From positions 21,409 to 85,408 of the forward strand of contig JAFAKB010000005.1 of NCBI GenBank assembly GCA_019235885.1: a stretch of 64,000 nucleotides of DNA. Direction: 5' to 3'. This document shows positions 9,518 to 18,716 of this stretch, in pieces; within the stretch, counting starts at the first letter, position 1; the number at the start of each line of letters is the position of its first letter. The notes beneath the pieces are model-generated. The model saw only the letters and a list, made by a program, of their open reading frames with translations, was not told the origin of the DNA and did not search any database. Both the position numbers and the translations under genes were made by a program. The stretch is from Vulcanimicrobiota bacterium (GTDB lineage: Bacteria; Vulcanimicrobiota; Vulcanimicrobiia; Vulcanimicrobiales; Vulcanimicrobiaceae).

Positions 9518-11557
9518 TCACGTTTGATCGAGCTCTGCTTCACCTGCGAGCTTGCGGAACAGCGCGCCGGCTTCGTCCGGCACGGGCTCGACGCCGGCAG
9601 GCTTCAAGTGGCGGATGAACCAGTGGGCGATCGCGCGCAGGCGCAGGATGCGCGAGCGGGGTTTGCCGGCGCGGGACATCTCGTGGCCGGTGTCGGTGAA
9701 GCGGACGAACTCCGTTGCACCGTTGCCGAGGCGGCGGAGGATCGTGAAGAGCTGTTCGCCCTGATCGATCGGGCAGCGGAAGTCGCGCTCGCTGTGCTCG
9801 ACCAGCAGCGGCGCGCTGATCGACTTCGCCGCACGCATCGGCGACATCTCGAACAGCTTGCGGCCGGCGTCGTCGGCGTACTTCGTCTGCAGCTCGCGCT
9901 CGAGAAACCAGCCCAGGTCCGACGCGCCGATCTCGCTGACGTGGTCGTTGACCGCGCGCATCGAGACGCCGGCCGCGAAGCGGTCGCTGTGCCCGAGCAG
10001 CCAGGTCGTCATGAAGCCGCCGTACGAGCCGCCGGCGACGCCGATGCGGGCAGCGTCGAACGAGCCTTGCTCGAGCGCGCCGTCGAGGATGCGCAGCACG
10101 TCCGCCGCGTCGATTCCGCCCCAGTCGCCGATGATCGCGTTGGAGTACTCGTGCCCGTACGACTGCGAGCCGCGCGGGTTGCCGTACGCGACCGCGATCC
10201 CTTGCGCGGCCAGCACCTGAAACTCGAAGAAGAACGTGTGGCCGTAGGCGCCGTGCGGGCCGCCGTGGACTTCGAGCACCAGCGGCGGTGTCTTCTCCTG
10301 CGGCTGCCGCGGCGCGATGAGCCAGCCGTCGAGGACCGCGCCGTCGTCGGCGCGCGGGCGGTAGCGCTTCGGCGCAACGACGTTTTTGTCGGCGAGCCAC
10401 GGGTTCGTGTCGGTCAGCGTGCGCTCGCCGCCGTACGGCTCGACGAGCGCGATCTCGTTCGGCACCACCGGCGTCGAGTACGCGAACGCCACCGCGCCGT
10501 CGCCGCCCACGCTGAACGCGAAGACGTCGCGCTCGCCGCCAGCGACGACGCGCGTCTTGCTGCCGTCGCGCGCGAACGCGCGCAGCGTCGTGCTGCCCTC
10601 GTCGCACACCTGCGTGACGATCTCCTTGTCGCCGGCGCTCCACTGCGGCACCGTCGTCCCGCCGCTGCGCAGATCGCCCGCCAGCGCGCCGCCGACGGTT
10701 CGTCCGAGCCCGGCGGAGAGCGAGCGCGGCGCACCGCCGTCCGCGCCGATGACCAGCAGCTCGGTGTCGAAGCGGCCGCCGCCGTCGTCGCCGTGGAAGT
10801 GGCCGAGGAACGCGATCTCGCGACCGTCGTGCGAGAACGACGGGTTGATCATCGGCCCTTCGCCGTGGGTGAGCGCGGTCAAAGCGCCGCTCGCGACGTC
10901 CACGAGGTAAATGTCGCTGAGCGCGGTCGCGTCCTCGCGGATGCCGATCCGCGCGTGGAACGCGACGCGCGTTCCGTCCGGCGACCACGACGGCGCGCTC
11001 ACGTCGAAATCGCCGCCGGTGATCTGTTTCGCCGAACCGCCCGCGGCGTCGACGACGAAGAGATGCTTGCGCACGCCGTCGAGCAGCCCCTCGGCGTCGC
11101 TCTTGAACGGCAGCATGCGAATGTGCCGCGCGCCGCTCTTCTCGTCGTGGTAGATCGGGGCGCTCGCGGCGTCGTGCGGCGCGTTCGCGACGAACGCGAT
11201 GCGCTTCGAGTCGGGGGACCACGCGAGCGCGGTGATCTTCTTGTACTCCTCGCCGAGCAGTTGCGCTTCGCCGCCGTCGAGCCGCAGTACGCACAGCCGC
11301 GTCTTCCCGTCGCGGTCGGCGACGAACGCCAGCGCCGAGCCGTCCGGTGCGACGCGCGGAAGGCGGTCGTTCGTGCCGCTGGTGAACGCGCGCTCCGCGC
11401 CGTCGCGGTCGATGCGCCGGATCGCGCCGCGCAGCTCGTCGGCCTCGCGATCGAACCACGCGCGGCGGTAGAACACGGCCGAACCGTCGGGGCTGAGCTG
11501 CGGGTCGGCGACGAGCACCAGCTGCAAGAGGTCGCTCGGAACGAGAGGAGTAGCCAT
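9518..11557 (-). CDS. S9 family serine peptidase (acylaminoacyl-peptidase / prolyl oligopeptidase type)
   Basis: N-terminal beta-propeller with repeated SPDG motifs and a C-terminal alpha/beta hydrolase with nucleophile elbow GGSYGGFMT. Confidence 0.9.
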   Translation of the reverse strand: MATPLVPSDLLQLVLVADPQLSPDGSAVFYRRAWFDREADELRGAIRRIDRDGAERAFTSGTNDRLPRVAPDGSALAFVADRDGKTRLCVLRLDGGEAQLLGEEYKKITALAWSPDSKRIAFVANAPHDAASAPIYHDEKSGARHIRMLPFKSDAEGLLDGVRKHLFVVDAAGGSAKQITGGDFDVSAPSWSPDGTRVAFHARIGIREDATALSDIYLVDVASGALTALTHGEGPMINPSFSHDGREIAFLGHFHGDDGGGRFDTELLVIGADGGAPRSLSAGLGRTVGGALAGDLRSGGTTVPQWSAGDKEIVTQVCDEGSTTLRAFARDGSKTRVVAGGERDVFAFSVGGDGAVAFAYSTPVVPNEIALVEPYGGERTLTDTNPWLADKNVVAPKRYRPRADDGAVLDGWLIAPRQPQEKTPPLVLEVHGGPHGAYGHTFFFEFQVLAAQGIAVAYGNPRGSQSYGHEYSNAIIGDWGGIDAADVLRILDGALEQGSFDAARIGVAGGSYGGFMTTWLLGHSDRFAAGVSMRAVNDHVSEIGASDLGWFLERELQTKYADDAGRKLFEMSPMRAAKSISAPLLVEHSERDFRCPIDQGEQLFTILRRLGNGATEFVRFTDTGHEMSRAGKPRSRILRLRAIAHWFIRHLKPAGVEPVPDEAGALFRKLAGEAELDQT

Positions 11558-11644
11558 CGCAGGCGGGCATTATCGCCGGGATATGCGGCTTCCCGCGTTC
11601 CTCGCTCGCTTCGCCGATCCGCTCCCCGCCGAGCAAGCACCGCG

Positions 11645-12529
11645 GTGAGACGCGCGCGCTTTCTCGGCGGCGCGGCGGCGGCTGCGGCCTGCGTGAGCCC
11701 GCTGCGCGGCATCGCGCAACCGGGGCTGGACGTCAGCGATATCGTCAACCGCATTCCCGGGATCACCGGCGTCGCGGCGCGCACGATGGGGAACGGCCCG
11801 CCGGTGATCGACGTGCGCGGCGACGAGCAGTTTCCGGCCGCCTCGGTGATCAAGCTCGCCATCATGGCGACGGTCTACCGCGCCTACGACGCCGGGACCG
11901 CGAAGCCGAGCGATCTCGTGAAGACGCGCGCATCGGACCTGATCGGCGGTTCCGACGTGCTGGCCGGTTCGCCGCCCGGCAAGGAATGGAGCATCGACAC
12001 GCTGATCAAGGCGATGATCCACGTCAGCGACAACGCGGCGGCGAACACGCTGATGACGGCGTTCGGGATCGGCACGATCAACGCGACGATGCAGCTGGTC
12101 GGGATGGTGGGCTCGCGGCTGGCGCGCCACTTCGCCGACGTCGTGCCGTCGTGGCGCCGCAGCGAGAACCACCTCACCCCGAACGACACCGCGGCGCTGC
12201 TCTTCGCGATCGAGCGCGGCGCGCGCGAAGGGATTCCGACGGTCGCTTCGCCACAAAGCTGCCGCGCGATGGTGCAGGTGCTGCTCGGCAACGACGATCG
12301 CACGAAGATCGTGCGCGGCCTGCCGCCCGGAACGCCGTGCGCGCACAAGACCGGCGAGATCGACTACACGCGCAACGACGCCGGCATCATCGATCCGTTC
12401 GGCGACAACCCGTACGTGCTGGTCGTGCTGACGAAGGAGCTGCGGGACCACGCCGCGGGCAACGCCGGCATCGCGGCGATCGCGCAACGCGTCGACAAGG
12501 TCTTGCGGCAGGGATCTTCAACCGGCTGA
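11645..12529 (+). CDS. Class A beta-lactamase-related serine hydrolase, Tat/Sec-type signal
   Basis: Only the C-terminal ~294 codons of the 1027-aa track ORF look real. GTG at 11645 gives VRRARFLGGAAAAAAC. SxxK (SVIK), SDN and KTG (HKTGEI) motifs are present. Confidence 0.8.
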   Translation: MRRARFLGGAAAAAACVSPLRGIAQPGLDVSDIVNRIPGITGVAARTMGNGPPVIDVRGDEQFPAASVIKLAIMATVYRAYDAGTAKPSDLVKTRASDLIGGSDVLAGSPPGKEWSIDTLIKAMIHVSDNAAANTLMTAFGIGTINATMQLVGMVGSRLARHFADVVPSWRRSENHLTPNDTAALLFAIERGAREGIPTVASPQSCRAMVQVLLGNDDRTKIVRGLPPGTPCAHKTGEIDYTRNDAGIIDPFGDNPYVLVVLTKELRDHAAGNAGIAAIAQRVDKVLRQGSSTG

Positions 12530-13699
12530 TCGCACCGCGGGCGCCGTCTGCAGCGCTGCGCCGAGGCGCGAGCCGAGCACCGCGACGATCGCCGCCGAGA
12601 GAAGCATCGGGAGAAACGCTGCGGCCGGCGCGCGGGTGAGATCCCAGGCGGCGCCGGAGAGCAGCGTCGTGACGAACGAGATCGTGTAGCCGACCGTGAA
12701 GGTGCCGCCGGCGAGCCGCGCGATCTCGTGCGGCGGCGCGAGCAGCGCGGGCAGCGCGAAGCTCATCGTCAGAATGTACGCGCCGGTGAAGCCGAGCAGC
12801 GCTGCCGCCGCCACCGCGACGGCACCGCCGAACGCGATCATCCCGGCGAGCGCGACGACGATCAGCAGCGCGACGAACAGCGACGTCTCCCGCCGCCCCA
12901 GGATTCGCATGGGAATCAAACCGACGACCAGCGAGGCCGGGATCTGCGCGACGTTCAGCGCGGCGAGCGCCGCGGCGACCAGCTGCGGCTCGCCGGTCGC
13001 GTGGAGAAAATCAGGCAGAAACGTGTTCGCGCCGAAATACGTCAGGCTCGCCGCGGACTGAAAGACGCCGAGCATCCAGGTGCGCCGGTCGCGCACGTCC
13101 GGGAGCCAGGCGCCGTTCGCCGGCCGGCTCGTTGCGTCGCCGGCGTCACGCACGAACCCGAGCGCGAGCGCCGTCACCGCGACCGGGATGCTCCACGCGA
13201 CGAAGCTGCGCTCCCACGAGCCGCCGACGAGCGGGAGCAGAAACGGGATCGTCAGCGAGGCGCTGATCGATTCGCCGCACAGCAGCCCGTTCGCCCACAC
13301 GCCGGTGCCGAACGCGATGCGGTCCGGAAACCACGCGCGCGCGAGCGACGGAAACGCGGGCTGGATGAGCGCGATCCCGACGCCCATCACCAGCGTCATC
13401 GCGAACAGCGTCGCGACCGACGGGCCGGCGCCGCGCAGCGCGGACGAGAGCGCGATCACCCACAGCCCGCTCACCAGCGCGCGGCGCGCGCCGAGCCGCG
13501 CGACCAGCAGCGCGCCGAACATCGAGGAGCCGGCCAGCACGAGCACCGGCAGGTTCGAGAGCGCCGCGATCCCGGATTCGTTCAAGTGCAGGTCGCGGTG
13601 GATCAGCGGGATGACCGGCGGTACCGCGAGCAGCGTCAGCCGCAAGTCGATCCCTGCCAGCCACAACAGCACGATCCGTACCACCGGCGAGGGACGCAC
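12518..13699 (-). CDS. MFS transporter (CynX/NimT-like)
   Basis: About 12 hydrophobic helices throughout, Gly/Ala/Leu-rich. The N-terminal ~50 codons of the track ORF look non-coding, so the start is set at the GTG at 13699 (uncertain). Confidence 0.75.
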   Translation of the reverse strand: MRPSPVVRIVLLWLAGIDLRLTLLAVPPVIPLIHRDLHLNESGIAALSNLPVLVLAGSSMFGALLVARLGARRALVSGLWVIALSSALRGAGPSVATLFAMTLVMGVGIALIQPAFPSLARAWFPDRIAFGTGVWANGLLCGESISASLTIPFLLPLVGGSWERSFVAWSIPVAVTALALGFVRDAGDATSRPANGAWLPDVRDRRTWMLGVFQSAASLTYFGANTFLPDFLHATGEPQLVAAALAALNVAQIPASLVVGLIPMRILGRRETSLFVALLIVVALAGMIAFGGAVAVAAAALLGFTGAYILTMSFALPALLAPPHEIARLAGGTFTVGYTISFVTTLLSGAAWDLTRAPAAAFLPMLLSAAIVAVLGSRLGAALQTAPAVRSAG

Positions 13700-13849
13700 C
13701 GCCGCCCGGTTCGACGCTCCCCGATCGTTCCTTCGTGAGTAATCGCGGTCCACGAGGTGAGTAGCACGACTCTGTCGCGCGGCGAGCGGCTTCCCTATGC
13801 TGGCCGGGCGCGCTTTGGCCGCGCACCACTCACTACCAGGAGAAACAGC

Positions 13850-14662
13850 ATGCAATCACCCACCCGCAAAGCCGACATCTTGCCGCCCAGCCCGCCTCCG
13901 CCGAACATCACCGGCGTGAATCCGTCCGACGCAATCGCGGGGACCTGGGTCGAGATCGACGGAACGGGGTTCAACAACGTTCAGAACGTCACGTTTCGCG
14001 GCGTCACCGCGAGCTTCAAGTTCGACTCGGCGACGGAAGTGCAGGCGGTCGTGCCGGCCATATCGCCCGGCTCAGCCCCCATTCAGATCACCACCGTCAA
14101 CAACGGCTTGAGCGCGACGAGCAACCAGGCTTCGTTCACGGTGGACGGCTACTCGTTCGACGAGCCCGACGAGTTCGACCCGAAGAAAGGACTCCCGGGC
14201 GACTCGATCACGATCCACGGCAAGGACCTGGGCACGGTGAACCAAGTCCTGTTCAACATGGATCCGTCAAAACAGATCACGACGGGCGCCAGCCAGCGCG
14301 TCGTCGCGGTCGTGCCTCCCGACGCGACGAGCGGACCGATCACGCTCAAAGGCCCGCTCGGTTCGGTGACCTCGCAGCAGAACTTCATCGTCATCGTGCC
14401 GCCGGTGCTGAAGAGCGTCAGCCCGCAGTCGGGTCCGGTCGGGACGAAGCTCACGCTGAGCGGCCAGCACTTCGAGCAGGTGACGTCCGTCGTGTTCAGC
14501 CAGAACGGCCAGAACTACAGCGCGAGCTACACGATCAAGGACCCGCGCACCATCAAAGTGACGGTACCGCCGGGACTCAACCCGGGCTCGGCGACCATCA
14601 TTGCGACCGACCGGGCGGGCTCGGGATCGATCAACTTCACCGTCACCGGGACGACCGGCTAA
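13850..14662 (+). CDS. IPT/TIG repeat protein (3-4 Ig-like repeats)
   Basis: ATG at 13850 preceded by AGGAG. Repeated units of the type I(T/K)GV(N/S)P..G..G..(V/I)TI.G..(F/L)..V..V.F. Confidence 0.75.
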   Translation: MQSPTRKADILPPSPPPPNITGVNPSDAIAGTWVEIDGTGFNNVQNVTFRGVTASFKFDSATEVQAVVPAISPGSAPIQITTVNNGLSATSNQASFTVDGYSFDEPDEFDPKKGLPGDSITIHGKDLGTVNQVLFNMDPSKQITTGASQRVVAVVPPDATSGPITLKGPLGSVTSQQNFIVIVPPVLKSVSPQSGPVGTKLTLSGQHFEQVTSVVFSQNGQNYSASYTIKDPRTIKVTVPPGLNPGSATIIATDRAGSGSINFTVTGTTG

Positions 14663-14672
14663 CCGTCGCCGG

Positions 14673-14741
14673 TCACTCGAACAGCGATGTCTGTTCGATG
14701 CGTGCAGGGCGCTCGTGCGGCACGGCGAGCGCCTCGTACAC
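14673..14741. repeat. 69-nt direct repeat copy A (orphan copy of the DUF72 gene 3' end)
   Basis: tcactcgaacagcgaTgtctgttcgatgcgtgcagggcgctcgtgcggcacggcgagcgcctcgtacac matches 15559-15627 with one mismatch. Confidence 0.95.
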
Positions 14742-14978
14742 AAAGCGGTCCATACTTATTATGCTTAGCTATGCATCGACGGGAATCGGACGCGTGTGGC
14801 GGCGGCGCGTCGGCCGTGAATGAGTAGGAACGAATAAGAGCCGCTGTAGGTTCGAGCGACTGAGCGGCCATCGACCGCGTCATACGCGAAGATACCTTGT
14901 CCGCCCGGCGCGATTACGCCGGCACTACCGTACCGTTCTGAGACGGAGAGGTTGGCGACCGATGGAAAGTGCGGTTCG

Positions 14979-15557
14979 ATGAGGTTGTCAGTGGTTCATA
15001 GCGTGGTGCTGGGGGCTGCTACGGTGGCGTGCTGCGCCTTCGGCACTCCGATTTCGGCGCCACAGCACCTGGCTGTCCCGGGCCGCGGGCGTTACGCGCT
15101 TCATGGGCCGCTCGTCACGGTGTTAGCGCCGCACGCACGGCTGCGGCTTCGTCTTGCGAGGCTCGTTATGGAAGACAGTGCGTTGGGATGTGTTGCCAAG
15201 CTACCGCGGCACGGCGGGATGCTGAGACCGCTGTCGCCGTCGACGCGGCCGATTGGTTTCGGGCCGCGATTCCTCTATGCACATGTGGACGAAGTTGGGC
15301 TCGACGTGAATCGTCGTGTCACGCGGGTCGTTCACGATGCCCCGCGTTATCAGGACAGCTCGATGCACGCGATCGCTCATCCTTGGTCGCTCGGTAACGC
15401 GCGCTACGTCATCGACGTACCGGCCGGTGAGGCCGTCCGGGACGGCCTCGTTCCGGGCGCACGGGCACGCATTTTGGCGTCTCCCGCCGACTTGCAGTTG
15501 GAACCCGACCACAGCGTGCCGCCACCGCTTCCGTGCCGCGGTCCGGTGCAACTTTAG
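14979..15557 (+). CDS. Secreted hypothetical protein, possibly DUF192-like
   Basis: Signal peptide from the ATG at 14979 (MRLSVVHSVVLGAATVACCAFGTPISA). C-terminal ARYVIDVPAGEAVRDGLVPGARARI resembles the DUF192 end motif. Lies inside the repeat-flanked insertion. Confidence 0.4.
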   Translation: MRLSVVHSVVLGAATVACCAFGTPISAPQHLAVPGRGRYALHGPLVTVLAPHARLRLRLARLVMEDSALGCVAKLPRHGGMLRPLSPSTRPIGFGPRFLYAHVDEVGLDVNRRVTRVVHDAPRYQDSSMHAIAHPWSLGNARYVIDVPAGEAVRDGLVPGARARILASPADLQLEPDHSVPPPLPCRGPVQL

Positions 15558-15558
15558 C

Positions 15559-15627
15559 TCACTCGAACAGCGAGGTCTGTTCGATGCGTGCAGGGCGCTC
15601 GTGCGGCACGGCGAGCGCCTCGTACAC
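15559..15627. repeat. 69-nt direct repeat copy B (authentic 3' end of the DUF72 gene)
   Basis: See copy A. Includes the DUF72 stop codon at 15559-15561. Confidence 0.95.
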
Positions 15628-16376
15628 CATTCTGATCGTTCCCGGCGAGAAGCCGGCGTACTGGTTGTTCGCGTAGCCCGCCAGCCGCGCGAGCTGCGGT
15701 GCCGCGTCGCGAATCGCCTCGGCCCACTGCGCGATCTCCGCGCTGCGGTCGATGACGAGCTCGTCGAAGCGCGAGACCGACTCGCGCGCGCCGATCCAGC
15801 GCACGTACGCGTGCGAGGCGGTCGGGCGGCGCAGCTCGTGCAGCATCGTCTCCAGCGGCACGAACGGCCCGTCGCTGACCGCCAGCGCGACGCCGTGCGT
15901 GCCGAGCGCGTCGCGCAAGCGCGCGTGCGCATCACCGTGAAACCACTCCCGCTCGCGCACCTCGAACGCCCAGCGCGGCCCGGCCGGCAACTCGCGCACG
16001 AACTGCTCGACCGTCTCGATCTCCGCCGGTCCGAAGTCCGGTCCGGTTTGGATCAGGATCGCTTCGAGCTTCTCGCCGAACTCGCTCGCGCTGGCGACGA
16101 ACTCTTCGACGAGCGCGCGCGAGGCCATCAGCCGGCGCTGTGCGTGATCTCACGCGGCAGCTTCAGCGCGAAGGTGAAGCCGTCCGGAACTTGCGCCGCC
16201 CACTTGCGCACGCGCTCGGGCTGCGGGGTCCCGTAGAACGTCGAATCCACTTCGACGCTGTCGAACTCTTCCGCGTACTCGCGCAAGAAGCTCTCGGGAC
16301 GCGTTCCCGCGTCGTACATCGGACCCACCCAGTCCGCATACGACCAGCCCTGCGTCCCGAGGGCGAGCTGCGGAAG
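15559..16376 (-). pseudogene. DUF72 family gene, frameshifted and lacking a canonical start
   Basis: The N-terminal part (..LGTQGWSYADWVGPMYDAG..FYGTPQPERVRKW..FALKLPREITHSAG*) ends at 16128. The rest (MASRALVEEF..ILIQTGPDF..) continues in another frame from the same position. No ATG/GTG/TTG lies upstream of the conserved GWSY motif. Confidence 0.7.
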
Positions 16377-16378
16377 CG

Positions 16379-16891
16379 TCAGCCGTTTCCGATCTCGACG
16401 CCGTCGGCGGCTTCGATCGTCACCTTGTCCATCTTGTCGCCGGCGCGGATCTGGTCGACGACGTGCTGGCCCTCGACGACGTGGCCGAAAACGGTGTAGT
16501 TGCGGTTGAGGAACGGCGCGTCGTCGAGGCAGATGTAGAACTGGCTGCCGGCGCTGTTCGGGTTCGACGAGCGCGCCATCGCGACCGTCCCTTTGATGTG
16601 CGGCCGCTCGCTGAACTCAGCTTCCAGGTTGTAGCCCGGGCCGCCGGTTCCGTTCCCGCTCGGATCGCCGCCTTGGATCACGAAGCCGGGCTCGTAGCGA
16701 TGGAAGGTCAGCCCGTCGTAGAAACCGGCGCGCGCCAGCTTGACGAACGCGGCGCAGTGGAGCGGCGCCTCGTCCGGATAGAACTGAAAGACGATCTCGC
16801 CCTTCGGCGTCGAGATGCGGGCGCGGGCGGTCTTTGCTTCCTCGGCGAGCGTCCGCAGCTCGTCGCCCGAGGGCTTGGTGTAGGTTGGCAT
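16379..16891 (-). CDS. ppiB: Cyclophilin-type peptidyl-prolyl cis-trans isomerase
   Basis: 170-aa C-terminal part of the 720-aa track ORF, starting at MPTYTKPS. Motifs FHRYEPGFVIQGGDP and AMARSSNPNSAGSQFYI. Confidence 0.85.
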   Translation of the reverse strand: MPTYTKPSGDELRTLAEEAKTARARISTPKGEIVFQFYPDEAPLHCAAFVKLARAGFYDGLTFHRYEPGFVIQGGDPSGNGTGGPGYNLEAEFSERPHIKGTVAMARSSNPNSAGSQFYICLDDAPFLNRNYTVFGHVVEGQHVVDQIRAGDKMDKVTIEAADGVEIGNG

Positions 16892-17008
16892 CGCGCGCTT
16901 TGTACGGCGTCGGTGAAGGTTCCACCCCGCACGTTTGCCGCCGCCTGCTCGCGGGGTAGAATGGGGCGGGCCGGCGGCGAGCCGCTTTATTTCAGGTTGC
17001 GTGAAACG

Positions 17009-17482
17009 ATGGAAGCGAGAATGAGGGGCCATGGCAGCGGCGGCGGCGCGACGCTGCAGCTTCGTGTCCCCCCGGAGCCCCGGTTCGGACGCCTCACCCG
17101 CGAGCGCGTCGCGCAGTTCACCGCCGACCACTGCATCCCCGAAGCCGACGCCGAAGCGTTTCTGACCGCCGTCTCGGAGGCGCTCGCCAACGCGATCGAG
17201 CACTCGGGGACGCCCACCTCGATCGAGGTTTCGTGCCGGCTGACCGGCCGGCGGCTGGTGGCGACCGTCGTCGACGACGGGGTCGGCTTCGCGAGCGAGG
17301 TCCCCGGCGAGCCGGTGCTGCCCGATCCCCTCGCCGAGCGCGGCCGCGGGCTCCCGATCATGCGGCGGCTTACCGACCACTTCGAGGTCCGCAGCACCCC
17401 GGGCGCAGGCACCTCGGTGATCCTCGAGCGAATGATTCGCCGCTCGGCCGAGAGCGAAGACGACGACGACATCGCGAGCTGA
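17009..17482 (+). CDS. Anti-sigma regulatory factor / Ser-Thr kinase (RsbW-like HATPase)
   Basis: EALANAIEH N-box, DDGVGF G1 box, GRGLPIM G2 box. Acidic tail. Real start is ATG 17009 or 17021, inside a longer track ORF. Confidence 0.7.
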   Translation: MEARMRGHGSGGGATLQLRVPPEPRFGRLTRERVAQFTADHCIPEADAEAFLTAVSEALANAIEHSGTPTSIEVSCRLTGRRLVATVVDDGVGFASEVPGEPVLPDPLAERGRGLPIMRRLTDHFEVRSTPGAGTSVILERMIRRSAESEDDDDIAS

Positions 17483-17496
17483 GCGCCCGCGCGGCG

Positions 17497-18675
17497 TCAG
17501 CTGACGAGCTTCGGCGACCAGAACCACACGCCGAGCTCGACGATCCCGAACAGAATCGACCACGCGAAGAGTGGCAAGTACCAAAGCGACGGCCGCGTGC
17601 GGATCGCGTACGCCATGAGGCAGTACAGGAACGGGATGAAGTCGAGCGCGTGGCGCGCGCCGAGCTGCACCATTCCGGTGCTGTAGTAGAGCAGCGCCGG
17701 GATCGCGCACAGCGCGGTCGCGAGCCAGAGCAGCTGCACCGCGCGCTCGCGGATCGGTGCGAGCAGCGCGATCAGCAAAGCCGGGCTGGTGTAGGTGAGC
17801 GCGGTTCCGAACTGCCCGGCGATGAGGTACGGCGGGCGGTCGATCCGCTGCGGCGGCTGCAGCAGATAGAACTGCAGCTGCATCCCGAGGTTCTTCAACG
17901 CGAACGGCGGCGCCGGATCGTTCTTGCCGACGTCCATGATGCGGTAGAACTTGGTGAAGCCGACGTCGGCGATGGTTCCCCAGCGCACGTAGTTGTAGAT
18001 CGACGACGGGATCGCGAACAGGGCGACCACCGCGGCGGTGGTCAGCCAGCGCATCGGTTTCGCGCGGAGCTGCGGCCACACCGCGAGCGCGTACGCCGGC
18101 GCGGCGAGGAACATCGGGTAGCGGCAGAACGCGGCGCACAGCGCCCACAGCGCGACCCGCCACGGCTCCCGCTTTCCGAAGCACTCGTTCAGCGCCAGCA
18201 TCGTGAACGCGACGGCGCCCGAGTGCGCGACGAACCACACGTCGCCGCTCGCCGAGCAGTACGCGTAGCTGGTGCCGAAGAGCATGAACGCCGCCAGCAG
18301 CCACGCCCAGCCGCGCGCGACGCCGATCCGCCGCGCGACGCGCCACGCCGTGCCGATCCCGATCCCGGCCAGCACGATCGCGAGCACCGTCTCGTTCGCG
18401 TTCAAGCCCCAGATCGCGACGAACGGGAGCAGCAGCACCGCCGGAAGGGGCGCCTCGTAGACGTAGGCGTGGCCGTGGTACGGGATCGCGTCGATGTAGT
18501 CGCCCGGGAAATGCGGCAGGTACGGCTTCCCTTGCAGCCACCCGTCCGCCATCCAGACGTAGTTGTCGAACGCGGTCGCGTGAAACCCGGAGAAGAGACC
18601 GAGCGCGGCGACGGTGAGAACGCCGGCGAGCACCGCGTGGGCGCGGTCGTCGCTGAAGATCCGGGCCGGGGTCAC
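17497..18675 (-). CDS. Polytopic membrane protein, GT-C-type (ArnT/PMT-like) glycosyltransferase candidate
   Basis: About 10-11 hydrophobic helices with aromatic-rich loops. The general look is that of lipid-linked sugar transferases. No specific motif verified. Confidence 0.5.
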   Translation of the reverse strand: MTPARIFSDDRAHAVLAGVLTVAALGLFSGFHATAFDNYVWMADGWLQGKPYLPHFPGDYIDAIPYHGHAYVYEAPLPAVLLLPFVAIWGLNANETVLAIVLAGIGIGTAWRVARRIGVARGWAWLLAAFMLFGTSYAYCSASGDVWFVAHSGAVAFTMLALNECFGKREPWRVALWALCAAFCRYPMFLAAPAYALAVWPQLRAKPMRWLTTAAVVALFAIPSSIYNYVRWGTIADVGFTKFYRIMDVGKNDPAPPFALKNLGMQLQFYLLQPPQRIDRPPYLIAGQFGTALTYTSPALLIALLAPIRERAVQLLWLATALCAIPALLYYSTGMVQLGARHALDFIPFLYCLMAYAIRTRPSLWYLPLFAWSILFGIVELGVWFWSPKLVS

Positions 18676-18716
18676 GACGCCGGGTTTCGGACGAAGCCGC
18701 CGAAGTCCTCAGCGCA

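Noticed and set aside
9446-11644. N-terminal ~730 codons of the 1027-aa track ORF, plus the 698-aa ORF at 9540-11636
   Set aside because: Antisense or out of frame relative to the S9 peptidase, which has the GGSYGG nucleophile. Only the last ~294 codons (the beta-lactamase-like part with SxxK/SDN/KTG motifs) look genuine.
16892-18541. N-terminal extension of the 720-aa ORF containing the cyclophilin
   Set aside because: Arg/Ala-rich junk that overlaps the anti-sigma kinase gene and the GT-C membrane protein gene. The cyclophilin domain starts cleanly at the Met at 16891.
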